A DNA stretch of 64,000 nt, from NCBI RefSeq assembly GCF_006345805.1, contig NC_043012.1, positions 7,936,001 through 8,000,000 of the forward strand, given 5' to 3'. The translations under genes and the position numbers were made by a program. Below the pieces are notes generated by a model that saw only the letters and a list, made by a program, of their open reading frames with translations, was not told the DNA's origin and searched no databases. Shown here one piece after another: positions 1-12,685 of this stretch. The DNA comes from Octopus sinensis (taxonomy: Eukaryota). Positions within the stretch are counted from its first letter, which is position 1; each line of letters starts with the position of its first letter.

Positions 1-203
1 TATGCACACACATACACACACACACATATACATACCCTTGCTCTAGTTGGTATGTAAACATTGTAAAAACTGCCTCTTCTCTAAAATTCTCTTCTCTATA
101 AAATTCTTTACTTAGTTTTGTCTACTATGGGCACAGTGTCTATATTAGACTTTCTTATGGATTAGATGTACAGAGTGGCTGTATGTGTGTGTGTATGTAT
201 ATG

Positions 204-249
<46 letters not shown>

Positions 250-684
250 GATGACTGTATTGTGTAAAAAAAATCTTGAACCTATGTATTTTGAGAGAAA
301 GACTGTATATAAAAACTTCAGGAGTATCTTAAAATTTTTTGATATATTATGATCTGAATATATTATATATTCTGATTATATTTAATTAATATATTATATT
401 GAATAATATGTTATTTGTTCAACATTTTGAAACTAAGTTCTTTAGATGAATAGTTAATTATGATCACATAATATTTTGCACTAATTAGTTACTGTTAATT
501 ATGAGTATAATTCCTTGGATTAATTAACCTTGTTAATAGGGATGAACCAATTTCATTTTTAATATTTACAGCTATGCTTCATTGTAATTGTTTTGATTCC
601 CAGGCATCATCAAGTATTTTATTCCCTAATATCTCTGTTATACTGGATTAGATTAAAACTAGTCTCCATTAGTTTTATACTAAA

Positions 685-1099
685 CTAGCAGTATCGCCCG
701 GCATTGCTCGGGTTTGTAAGGGAAATAACTATATAAGCATTTTTAGAGATGTAAAGTATAATAGCCATCTCAATGTGGCTAACCACAAAGGGTTAGATCA
801 GGAGATGAGCAGAAAGTCTCCGTATCTACTTTTTACGTTCTGAGATTTAATAATAAATTTTTAGAGAGTTACTTCCCTTATATATGCCAAAAATGCATTA
901 AAATGGAAAAAAATGATGGTAATTTTTTTTTAAATTGTAGACTCATCATAGACGCGCGCTAATACCCAGAAGGGCTCGATATGAATCACGACTATAAAAT
1001 ACCCGGTTTTGGTTAAACTGCACCACAAAATGTGGGAGTAGTTAGGAATCTAAATTGTAGGAAACAGACAGCACACAACCTCTCTTTTATATATAAAGA
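685..1099 (-). mobile_element. Non-autonomous Helitron-like element
   Basis: On the - strand it starts A|TCTTTATATATAAAA and ends with a subterminal hairpin CCCGAGCAATGCCGGG followed by CTAG|T. These are the TC...CTRR termini and A/T insertion site typical of Helitrons. Confidence 0.65.
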
Positions 1100-1716
1100 T
1101 ACAGTAACTTTCTTATCCACTAGACTACTTAGTTTTCAGCTTGAATCTGATTCAGTACTTCATCATTATCATTTAACATCCATTTTCCATGCTGGCATGA
1201 GTTGGATGGTTTGATAAAATAAAGGTAACATTATCTTCTTCAGTCTTGCTTTAATTGCTAGTTTCCTGGTTTCCATGGCATACAAATTTGCCAGCTGGAT
1301 GGGACGCTGGTATGTTGCAGAATTACTCATTTTTGCCAACTGAGTGGACTGGAGCAACATGAAATGAAGTACTTTGCTCAAGAACACGACTTGTCCTGGA
1401 ATTGAAACCACAGTCTTACAATCATGAGTCCAACACCCTAACCACTTATCCATGAGCCACCTCTTGACAAGAGCTGGTAAGCCAGAGAGCTGCACCAGGC
1501 TCCAATTGTCTGTTTTGGCTTAGCTTCTACAGCTGGTTGCCCTTATTAATGCCAACCACTTTACAGATTATACTGAGAGCTTTTAACATGGTGCCAGCGT
1601 GGGTGCTGTTTATGTGGTGCCTGGAACAAGAACGGCTGATGATGATGTGATTGTAATGTTAGATCCCTTTTTGTTTTTTTACCAGCCTGTCTGAGACCAC
1701 TCTTGGTCCTACTATA

Positions 1717-2010
1717 TCATCATCATCATCGTTTAGCATCCGCTTTCCATGCTAGCATGGGTTGGATGGTTCAACTGGGGTCTGGGAAGCCAGAAGGCTG
1801 CACCAGGCCCAGTTTGATCTGGCAATGTTTCTACGGCTGGATGCCCTTCCTAACACCAACCACTCCGTGAGTGTAGTGGGTGCTTTTTACGTGCCAGATG
1901 AGTCTGGCAAACGGCCACGATCGGATGGTGCTTTTATGTGCCACCGGCACAGGGGCCAGGCGAGGCTGGCAACGGCCACGAACGGATGGTGCTTTTTACG
2001 TGCCAACGGC
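1717..2010 (-). mobile_element. SINE-like repeat family C, (GAT)n tail
   Basis: Shares the GTTAGGAAGGGCATCCAGC...CCCATGCTAGCATGG...GATGATGAT body with copies at ~12686, 14368, 19250, 34780, 38087, 42160, 46305, 46864, 48990, 50876, 55163, 60236 and 61979. Confidence 0.8.
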
Positions 2011-2464
2011 ACCATTTTTCTAAAGTGTTTTAAGTAAAAACCTTCCATCAAAATCTCATGTAAATTTATAACCCAATCACCAATTTAATAAGGAATTATT
2101 AACTAAATTCTCTTTTTTTTTTTTAAATCAGTTAAAACAAAGCCAGTGCATTTCAACAGAGATCTGTTAATAAAATGGCTGAAATATATCTCATTACCAA
2201 AGATCAGGTTCATTTGTTGCTATTAATGACTTATTTCTACCAAATATCTATGTAGGAACAACTTGGATGAAGCTGTCATTTCAATAGAATGCCACCCTTC
2301 CCCCCACCTTCCTTCTCCTTTCTCTGTGGAGTTAACTTTCTCAGCATCTTCTTCATCATCATCATCTGCTAAATTTGTATTTTTTACCATTTCACTTCAT
2401 TTTTATATTGCATGTTTTGCTAAATGTTTATGAATTACTATTTACATGTTGTGTATGTGTGTAC

Positions 2465-2508
<44 letters not shown>

Positions 2509-2686
2509 TGATGTGGTGTACAGATTTTATATATTATGAAAAAGGAGGTAGTCAATATTTTGGGTAATTATTTAGTGCTTTCATCTTGTTTTAGACCTTC
2601 ATCATTCCTGAAGAATCTTTGAAGTGAGATTTAAGTGCCAAATAAATAATTTTGAATACCTCCATTTTCTTTATATATTTATATAT

Positions 2687-2847
2687 TTACACACACACAC
2701 ACACACACAACACACACACACACACACACACATTGTAACCTAATTTATGTGTATGTATGTGTGTGTATATATATGTGTGTGTGTGTGTGTGTGTATGTGT
2801 ATATATATATGTGTGTGTGTGTGTATATATATATGTGTGTGTGTGTG

Positions 2848-2891
<44 letters not shown>

Positions 2892-2941
2892 TGTGTGTGT
2901 GTATATATGTGTGTGTGTATATATATGTGTGTGTGTGTATG

Positions 2942-2976
<35 letters not shown>

Positions 2977-3006
2977 GTATGTATGTATATATAAATATGT
3001 GTGTGT
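2687..3006. repeat. Compound (CA)/(TG)/(TA) microsatellite
   Basis: Directly visible dinucleotide runs; source of several spurious ORFs. Confidence 0.95.
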
Positions 3007-3865
3007 GGATAGATATAATACACTCACGCATGTAATCTATTTTGTGTGTGCAGCAAAAAAAACACCTTCTGTTCTTGTTAGACATTAGGCATTTCTGCAA
3101 ATGGCACTGGTGTGTGCTGGTTCAAGCCATAATGGTAATTGAAAAAATGGTAAACACAGTTAACAACATACTTTTGACTAGAGCAGTGTAGGTGTTGTGT
3201 TTACTGATGATGTGTTTATCAAGAACAGTGAACAAATGGATTTTTTTTTTTTGCCACACCATGCATATATAAATCCATATACATGAATGTGTGTATATAT
3301 ATATATATAGTATTTTAATACTTGCTTCCTCCCTTCCTTTTTCATTGTTCTTTTACCTCCTGTATTTCCAAATCTATGATAATTTTCTAATCCAGGTTAA
3401 CACCAAAGATCGAGGTCTCCAAAATACATTCTTTTTCGTTTACTGTTTCTTCATTTCAAAACTTCTTTGTTTCATTTTTGATTTTTTTTTTTTAATAGAA
3501 TTTCTTTGTTCATTTCTATTTAAATTTCATAAATTTTTTATTCTTAGTTATAATTTTGAAAAAATTAATTTAGTAGCGACCATATATTTTATTTTTCTAT
3601 ATTTGTTTAAATTTGTTTTATTTTTTTTAACGTTTTTTTTTGTTTTGTTTATTAGTTTAGCATCTGCTTAACTAAATGGCTTTTCTAGTCATTATAGTAG
3701 CCATGACACAAGTTCTATATAATACCTCACACAGCCACCGTGTTTTGTCCCACCCCCACCTCCTCACATAGAAGCAGCTTTTTTTCACTGGCCTAAAACT
3801 CTGAGTATATATGTCAACACATTGTCAAGATTTCACCAAATAATAATAATAAAATAATAACTCTT

Positions 3866-4300
3866 TATCTGGGATTTCCCAATCCAAACAGATCAGGTGC
3901 TAGAGTATAACAGACCGGACCTAGTTGTGGTGAACAAGATGCACCACTTGTGCTATCTAGTTGATGTTGCGTACCCCTTTGACCCACAAATCGTCAAGAA
4001 GGAAGGTGAAAAAGTAGATATATACAATCCTCTTAAGTACGAAATAGCCCGGCTATGGAAAATGAAGAAGGTGAAGATAATGCCAATTATTATTGGTTCC
4101 TTGGGGACAGTATAAAAAGGCATCAAGAGGAATATAAAAGGAAATCGGAACAGAGTGCCCGGTAGAATTATTACAAAAGATTTGCCTCCTTGGCACACCC
4201 AGAATAATAAGGAAAGTATTAGATTGTTGAAAAGAACGGATAGCATGGTATTGTAGGCTGCAGGTAGTAAGCCTGCTATGCATGTAAGACTCCAGGAGAT
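3866..4300 (+). mobile_element. 3' fragment of an RLE-endonuclease non-LTR retrotransposon (R4/Dong-like)
   Basis: Translates to WDFPIQTDQVLEYNRPDLVVV...LVDVAYPFD...KYEIARLWK...PIIIGSLG, the RPD..D restriction-like endonuclease C-terminus. It is flanked by (TAA)n-type sequence, the known Dong/R4 target. Confidence 0.75.
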
Positions 4301-5777
4301 AAAAAGAAATAATAATTCTTACTACTATAGACACAAGGCCTGGAACTGGGGGCAGAGTAAGTCAATTACATCAATCCCATTACTTTAACTGGTGCTTATT
4401 TTATCGACCCCCAAAAGGATAAAAGACAAAGTCGACCTTGACGGAATTTGAACTCAGAATGTAAAGACTGACTAAATGCCACTAATAATAATAGTAACAG
4501 CAGTAATCCTTTCTATTAAAGGCACTGGGCCTGAAATTTTGGGGGGAGGGGACTAGTCGATTACATCAACCCCAGTGTTTCACTGGTACTAAATTTATTG
4601 ACCTTGAAAGGATGAATGGCAAAGTTGACCTCAGCAGAATTTGAACTCAGAATGTAGTGATGGGTGAAATACTACAAAGCATTTTGTCCACTGTGCTAAC
4701 AATTTTGATGGCTCAAGAGCTATAATTATAATAATAATAATAATAATCATTCACTATTTCTATATTATTTCACTGGATGTCTACTGTTCCCCACCTACCC
4801 CCTTTTTTTTTTCCTTGATCCCCAGGACTCTTAAAGCCAAGTACCTAGTTTTATTCAGTTCCCAATCATAAGGTCATGAGTTCAATTCCTGCTGGTGTGT
4901 TGTGTTTCACCTTGCTCCAGTCTACTCATCTAGCAAAAATGAGTTGTACCCGTGTTTCAAAGGGCCAGACTCCTCACTTTCTGTGTCACATTAAGGGTAC
5001 TCATTTCTTGGAGTGCTCAGCTACTTTCACATTACTTTCATGAGCAGGCTGCTCCGTTTTGGTTGGATCAACTAGAATCCTCATCGGCCTAACAAATAGA
5101 GTGCCAGTTAAATAACTGGGATCACAACACTCCCTCAAATGAATGCCGGCCAGTTCTAGGGTTCAGGACAGCAGTACAATTAATTTAAAACAATTTAAAA
5201 TAAATAAGCATTACATTTGTCAGAGTAATGCTAAAGTAAGATGTGCCTCCAGCCCTCTCCTTTTCAGTTAAGCTTATTACTATTAAGGTCACCCTATCTT
5301 AATACCCCATTCCTATTGACACAAACTCTAACCTTCATCCCTCCACAATAAAATTAAACTTACTTTAGCAGAACATTATAAATAATACGAGTAAACAAAA
5401 TTACCAATTTTTTCCTTCTTCAACAACCTTAGTGCCTGTGGAAATTCTGCAGTTATTTTGCAAGGTATAAAATTGTTAGAAGCTTTTAGAGAACCATGAA
5501 ATATGTAATTTCTTTTGAAATAGTATTTATTCTTGAGAGTGCCTAAAGTTTACATACATAGGTAGTACTGAAAGCGCAGTCTTAGGAGAGAACACCTTTG
5601 AAAACTACATTCTTTGTTATGAACTTGTTAGCTCTCAAACATTAAAAGTTATCAGTAATTATTTGGACACAATGTAGGAAGAACTATAGGTGAAATGTTC
5701 ATGAGAAAAGACGGCTACTCTTTTCTCAAAATATTTATCAGCCTAGTGTTTTATCAATACTGTAAATACTTGGGTAC

Positions 5778-6233
<456 letters not shown>

Positions 6234-8581
6234 TACAATACATTATGCTTCCGATTTCTTTCCATAATTGAAAAAAAGACGACGACAAAACGTTTTATTC
6301 TCTATAGATTTACAATCGTTTTACTGAATCTTGTCTTGAATAAAGTGAATTTCTCGATGCTTTACTAGTCTGCATACATACGTACATACATGCATATGTG
6401 TGTGTGTATGTATGTGTGTATATTCTAAGTATTCTTAGTTTTAAAATAATGTTAAATTATTTAATTTATATAATTTATTCTCAATGTAAATCTGTTTTTG
6501 TTATATCAAGGGTTGACACTGTGCTCTGAGTTTCACCCCCACCCTCACCCCGGGGTTGGGCTTTTCATGAATGTATAAACAACTATCCACTCTACCCAAT
6601 CTATTGCATTCTGTATCAGATACTGTTTGCACCACATGTAATATATATATATATATCTTTTAATATATTTTTACAACTCTTAACGATAGAGTATATAATT
6701 CTGAGTAGTACAAGTATTAACCGTCACTGCGGTGTGCAATGGAACACATTAGACAAATTGTATATAAATGTCTTAACAGTTTATATATATGTATATATAA
6801 AAACATGTATATATATATATATATATATATATATCTGTATATATATAAAATACCTAATGTACTGGGCCCGTATTTGTGGATAAATTTTGAATCAAATATA
6901 TGCATGTGAATGTATTTACAATCATATATATATTATCTCCTTGTGTATTGGTCAGCTTTGTCTAGCCTTTCATCTTTGCATGGGGAAGTGCCAAAGCTGC
7001 AGGAATGGCTTTGTCTAGCATTCACGTTTTGTTCTTGCATGCAACCTACCGACTTTTACCTCTGTTGGTTGAGGGCCCGAAGAGGGGGTGAAGTGGGGGG
7101 AGGGAAAAAAAACCCTATCTCATTCTGTGTTATTTCTGTTGATGCATTTTGGTATTATCATATTGAGAAAAAGCATGAACACATCATCTTATCACCATAT
7201 TGAGAAAAGCATGAACACCACATCATCTCATTGCCCTGCTCTTATAAATATGAGACCTTGTGTCTAATGCTTCCAAATTTCCTTGCTGCCAATTGTTATT
7301 TTACTATAAATGTTTTGAATGTCACCTCCTTCCCCCCTATATTCTACCTTGCCCCTCCTTGTAATATCACTCCTTTATATTTTATATTGTCTCCACCCAC
7401 TACATTACTATTACTACTGTTCCTTCTATAATGCCCCGCCCCATTTTACCATTAATTACACTTCCGTAATGTACATTATCCTTTGTTTCATTATTAGTGT
7501 TTGTTAACGTCTAACCTTTCTTTATTGCTCCCCCCACTGTTTTACTGTTGTTTCTTAATGATGTATCCTTTTTTTTTTTTTAATATCTCCATCCACTAAC
7601 CTTAATATTGTTCTTGTTATAATTAGCTCTGAAAATTAAATTTCATTATTTTCAATCAAAATTACAAAAGATTATTTATTGATAATATTAATTATTTGTT
7701 TATTCTCATCTGTCTTTTTGATTATGAACCGATAATTCTAAATGCAAGATATATATTGTGTGAGCATATGTGTGTGCGTGCAGTATGTATGTATATGTGT
7801 GCGTGCGGTGTGTATGTATGTATGTATATCTTTTTAGATGATTTTTTTTATTTACTTAACGTTCAGTGTTACATTGTCTCTGTGTGTTATATATTTTGTG
7901 TGTGCACACTTGCATGGAACATTCTGTAGGCTTGTGTGATGTTTACTAAGATTTTGTTGTTGCTGTTGTGTGACCCTTGGTGAGCTCTGGTCAGACAATC
8001 CCAAAGTAGTCGCAGTCAGTGAGCCAGATGACAAGACATTACCCACAAATTCGTCTTCCCAATTATACAGTATTACATCTGTCTTGCCATCAATGCACAG
8101 TTTGATGTGCAGCAATTCACTGCTACCCATTCCAACATGCAGTGATGAATCACGTGGTGAGTACAGTGTAACACAACCTGGACATGTTGCACACTCTCGT
8201 CTTCCCATTTCTGTACACCTGTAGAGTCTGTGGATGGCCTCATTTGAGGTGGGCAAGGTGGAGTGAGTCAATGGAATAGTTGCTGTTTCTCTGCACTTAC
8301 TGGTGGTGGTGTGCATCTCATTGCAGTATTTGGGACCAAAGGCAGTTGTTGCATCTCTTTCTATGAGGTAAGAAACTCCCAAGAGAGGTGAATAGTAGGT
8401 CTTCAGAGATGACCCCACTCCACCTCTGAGGAAAGTGTTTTGGTCCTTAACTTCTTATTCTCTAAGGTGTGTGTGTGGGGGGGGTGTAGGCCACATTCAA
8501 GTCATGACACTTGGGTACTCTGGGTACTCTTCTGCTGATACTTTTTTTATCTACTTGGATACCAGAGACTTGTGCATTTAA

Positions 8582-8800
8582 CCCTTTAGTGTTCAGATTA
8601 TCCTATCAAACATAATGCTTATTGATTCCCATTGATTTGAATTAATCATGCATTATCTCATATCTTCAAGATCTTGATGGTGTAATTACTTAATGTAGAA
8701 TAACATTGTAGGGTAGGTGTGAGAGCCTGGATCTGATCAGTTTGAACATAAAACAGATTAACTATTTTGGCCGGATATGGCCAGTTTAATTACTAAAGGG
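8582..8800. mobile_element. piggyBac-type MITE
   Basis: TTAA|CCCTTTAGT ... ACTAAAGGG|TTAA: CCC/GGG terminal inverted repeats with a TTAA target duplication. Confidence 0.75.
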
Positions 8801-9129
8801 TTAAACTGCTCTAAGATTCCAACACCTTTCTGTTGACTCAGTTTTCAAACTTACACTTAAAGAACAAATAATGTTGGTTGTGAAACATCAACACTATCAC
8901 TATGTGGGTATGTGTGTGTGTCTGTGTATTCTTTGTTTGGCTGAATGAGAGTAGTAGTAGTATTATAAGTGTTCTTGGTTGTTTAAATGTTTGGAGGCGA
9001 TTTATCCATGTGTTAAGCACAAACTGTACTTAGAGATTGTAGCTTACTGATGAAATTAAACTGTGCTCGTTGCATGCCCAGTTGGTCTTTCATTTTTGTT
9101 GTTTTTTTCTTTGTTGTTTTTTTTTTTTT

Positions 9130-9700
9130 GTTTCCTTGTATTGGTAGTGTGTAAACATAGTCTGTGTACAACCAGTTATGATGTGTAGTGCAGTCTTTAT
9201 TGTTCTTGCTACTTCCTTATGGCTTGTTGTGGAGAGGGAGATTGGGTACTCAGGTAGGACTTGTGTAGTGTGTAATAATTTCAATGCATTGTTTGTACAT
9301 CATTACAGTTTTTACCTGTTGACCAAATGTGGTTACCTGTAATTGTGCCAATTGTGTTGGTTTGCTTTCTTTACCATGTCTTCTGTGTGTCAGTGTGTTG
9401 CGAAGGTGTTTCATATGACACCTAGTATTTTTTATCTTTTTTTATTTGTGGCATGTTTACATTGACAAGTGTGATTGATGGCCAGGTGTATTTGGTGTTC
9501 TCAGGTGTTGCTTGTCGGAAGGGATTTGGTAGGGGGGGGTCTTGAAGCTTGTTGTTTTTGTTATGTTGCCAGGCTTCAAAGGGGTTCTGTTTTTAGAGTT
9601 GGAAGAATTGTTCAGCAATGTGTAGAGAATGCTGAACGGTCAGAGAATGTGATGCCATTGCTCATGAGAGACAGGCTGTATGTTTTGTTCAGAGTGTGCG
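9130..9700 (-). mobile_element. Highly degenerate LINE ORF2 remnant
   Basis: The minus strand gives ALHIITGCTQTMFTHYQYKETK, resembling the ALRxITGC motif downstream of LINE RT domains, and a KILGV motif further 5'. Many stops. Confidence 0.4.
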
Positions 9701-9882
9701 GTATTGTGTAAACTCAGGTTGAAGAGAATGGATGAAAAGCCAAACCTCTCTGGTACTTTACCCAGAAAACCTCTACTTCTGGATGTGTTGTTCTTGCAAC
9801 ATACATAGGTTTTGAGGCATAACAGACACTTTTTGCAAGCCAGCATTTTTGTGTTGTTCCTTAAAATGGTATTGAGTATATA

Positions 9883-10115
9883 AGGCGGCGAACTGGCAGA
9901 AACGTTAGCACGCCGGGCAAAATGCTTTGTGGTTATTCGCCTGCCGCTGCGTTCTGAGTTCAAATTCCACCGAGGTCGACTTTGCCTTTCATCCTTTCGG
10001 GGGTCGATTAAATAAGTACCAGTTACGCACTGGGGTCGATATAATCGACTTAATCCGTTTGCCTGTCTTTGTTTGTCCTCTCTGTGTTTAGCCCCTTGTG
10101 GATAGTAAAGAAATA
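9883..10115 (+). mobile_element. SINE family B (Nin-domain-like)
   Basis: GGCGGCGAACTGGCAGAAACGTTAGC head, GAGTTCAAATTCC B-box, and a GCCTTTCATCCTTTCGGGGTCGAT...AAGTACCAG central domain resembling the Nin SINE domain. Many other copies in the window. Confidence 0.8.
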
Positions 10116-10223
10116 GATATTGAGTATTTTTATGTGAGTGAAAAATCAAAGAATGAGGTTGAAGGCTTTACTGATGTCAATCATCATCATCACCATCACT
10201 TTAACATCCACTTTCCTATGCTC

Positions 10224-10339
10224 ATCAGTAGCCGTGAGGTGCAGGCTGCTGTCCGTCTTCTCCTTCCTGGTGAGTTGGCCAAACACGCCCTGTCCCTGAG
10301 GGTACCAAGGCTATCACCAAATACCCTAGCGGCAAGTAA
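10224..10339 (+). pseudogene. H2B: Histone H2B C-terminal pseudogene fragment
   Basis: [24 protein letters not shown] / frameshift at ~10295 / EGTKAITKYPSGK* matches the H2B C-terminus ([37 protein letters not shown]). 5'-truncated. Confidence 0.9.
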
Positions 10340-10567
10340 ACCTGCTTAGTTTCTGTTCATCGAATACAGAACTTATTGAGGCCCATTTTCTACACTCGGA
10401 TGCCCATCCTCTCATCAGTCCTCACCTGTTTCCAACTAAGGCAATATTTACACATGCCAGAAATGCTTTTGCAAAAAAATGGAAATGGATGCCACCTGCA
10501 TGATGATAAAGCTCATTTACAACTATCATGCGATGGCGAGACAAAGACTGACTAACAGACAGACACG

Positions 10568-10606
<39 letters not shown>

Positions 10607-11417
10607 CAACCACACATGCACTTAGTGTCTATGCCATTTGTGTTTGCCTGTAGGCTGCAATTTGGCATGCTGGAGATCACTTCCTCAAGGCACCTAGTGT
10701 TCAAACACCTGACAATGATGGACAGGTGTTTGCTGTCCATGACTTTCAGGTGTTTTAACACCAGTGCTGTGAGACACTAAGCATATACATTAAGTAGACG
10801 TTAAAACAATGATTATATTCATTCAGCAGTAGAAATTAGTTGTGATGTCCCTGCTACCAAACTGTATTGTCTTTTGTTTTTCCCTTGGATAACAATGCTG
10901 GAATGGAGATGGGAGGCCTGTTTGCATGGGCAACTGCTGGTCTTCCATAAACAACCTTGCCCGGACTGACATCTCGGAGGGTAACTTTCTAGCTGCTATC
11001 TCATGTTCATTCATGACCAAAGGGTGTGAGGGTCTTTATATATATATAATATTTATTATTTGAGGGAATAAAATCCAAACTTACAAGGAAAAAGAATTCA
11101 ATTTAGAAATACTAAATTAAATTCCACACAATATAATAAATATATAAAAAATATTAGAAAAAAACCCACGTTTTATCAATTCAAAATGAATAATTAAATT
11201 ACACCATCTAGAAAATTACATATAATAGAAAAGTTAAAATTAAAATAAAAATAAAAAGTAAAGATTAAGTAAATTACCTATTATATACATTTTTATTATT
11301 TTTGTAATTTACTTAATCTTTACTTTTTATTTTAATTTTAACTTGTCTATTATATGTAATTTTCTAGATGGTGTAATTTAATTATTCATTTTGAATTGAT
11401 AAAATGTGTTTTTTTTG

Positions 11418-11470
<53 letters not shown>

Positions 11471-11471
11471 G

Positions 11472-12517
11472 AGGGGGTACTCAATAAAACCAGAATTTTG
11501 CAGTATTATTTTATTCACTTACTTTTACATGTTTACACTTTTGCCTTTGAAGTATTCTCCATTTGAAGCCCTGCATCATTCCAGATGCATTGTCCATTGT
11601 TAGAAGCACTGCTGCTGGAACACATTTTTTTTTCTTCACCTCTTCCACATCTGCAAATTCCTTAGCACCAGCTTTTGTCACCAGTGATGACCTTCAAATA
11701 AAAAAGGTTTGGATCAAATTACAACTGTTCTTTCAGTTCACGACACGCATTCAATCATGACTGCTTTTGATCTAGAGGGAACCACATGTAGTTCTAAACA
11801 TAAAGAGTAAAGACCCCCTTTGGTCATGAATGACCATGGGATTGCACCCAGAAATTCCCCTTGGAAGCACAAGTCCTGACAAGGTTGTTTATGGAAGACC
11901 AACAGTCGCCCATGCATACCAGTCTCTCCTCACCACAACACTGATGTTATCCAAGGCAAAGGCCAATACGTGAGCAAGCGAGGCACGAGTTTTGCTGCCA
12001 CTCTTTTCATTCGCAATTCCTCATTCAAAATAGGAGGAGTTTCAGGACACTGGTCACATCAACAAGTTCGTTGATTCTTCAGCGACAGTCCTCCAACATC
12101 AGTTCATGAATTTCCGTGATGTTTTCGTTCGGGAGGTCAATAGTCGCTCTGAAAAAGGTTGGTCTTCAAGCGACCATTCCTAAAGCATGTAAACCTCTCA
12201 TAGTGTTTCGCTCATGGCATCATCCTTGTAAGCTGTTTGAAGTATGGCAACTGTTTTGGCCACTGTTTTCCCCAGCAGAAAACAGAATTTCATGGAAGCC
12301 CGCTGTTCCTTCATTGCATCCATCACAAAAATCAACGAACAAGGAAGAAGCACTTCAAAAACAAAGATGCACCACGTGGTTGAAGGACTTCGGTCAATCA
12401 ATAGTGTCAGTCATCAGACTTATGCGTGAGAGTCACGTCAGTGGCTCCTAGCAGTGGAAGCCACACATGAGCTTGTCTTATAGAAAATGTTTCTGGTTAA
12501 TTTTGGGTACCCCCTCG
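11472..12517 (-). mobile_element. Mariner (Tc1/mariner) internally deleted relic
   Basis: TIRs TA|TGAGGGGGTACTCAATAAAACCAGAA ... TTCTGGTTAATTTTGGGTACCCCCTCG. The minus-strand peptide EQRASMKFCFLLGKTVAKTVAILQTAYKDDAMS resembles the mariner transposase N-terminal HTH. Confidence 0.8.
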
Positions 12518-12537
12518 TGTATATATATATATATATC

Positions 12538-12592
<55 letters not shown>

Positions 12593-12651
12593 TGTCCCCC
12601 AGAAGCAATTGTCTGCTAGTGATACTGTGATACTATGAAACCACCACCACC

Positions 12652-12685
<34 letters not shown>

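Noticed and set aside
2608-2640. CTGAAGA-ATCTT/GAGAT hairpin resembling a hammerhead 5' half
   Set aside because: No GAAA follows the stem.
2687-3100. Multiple 80-140 aa ORFs (HTHIY/VCVY-type)
   Set aside because: Translations of dinucleotide microsatellites.
7852-8418. 188-aa minus-strand ORF
   Set aside because: No recognisable domain or splice context; probably decayed retroelement or chance.
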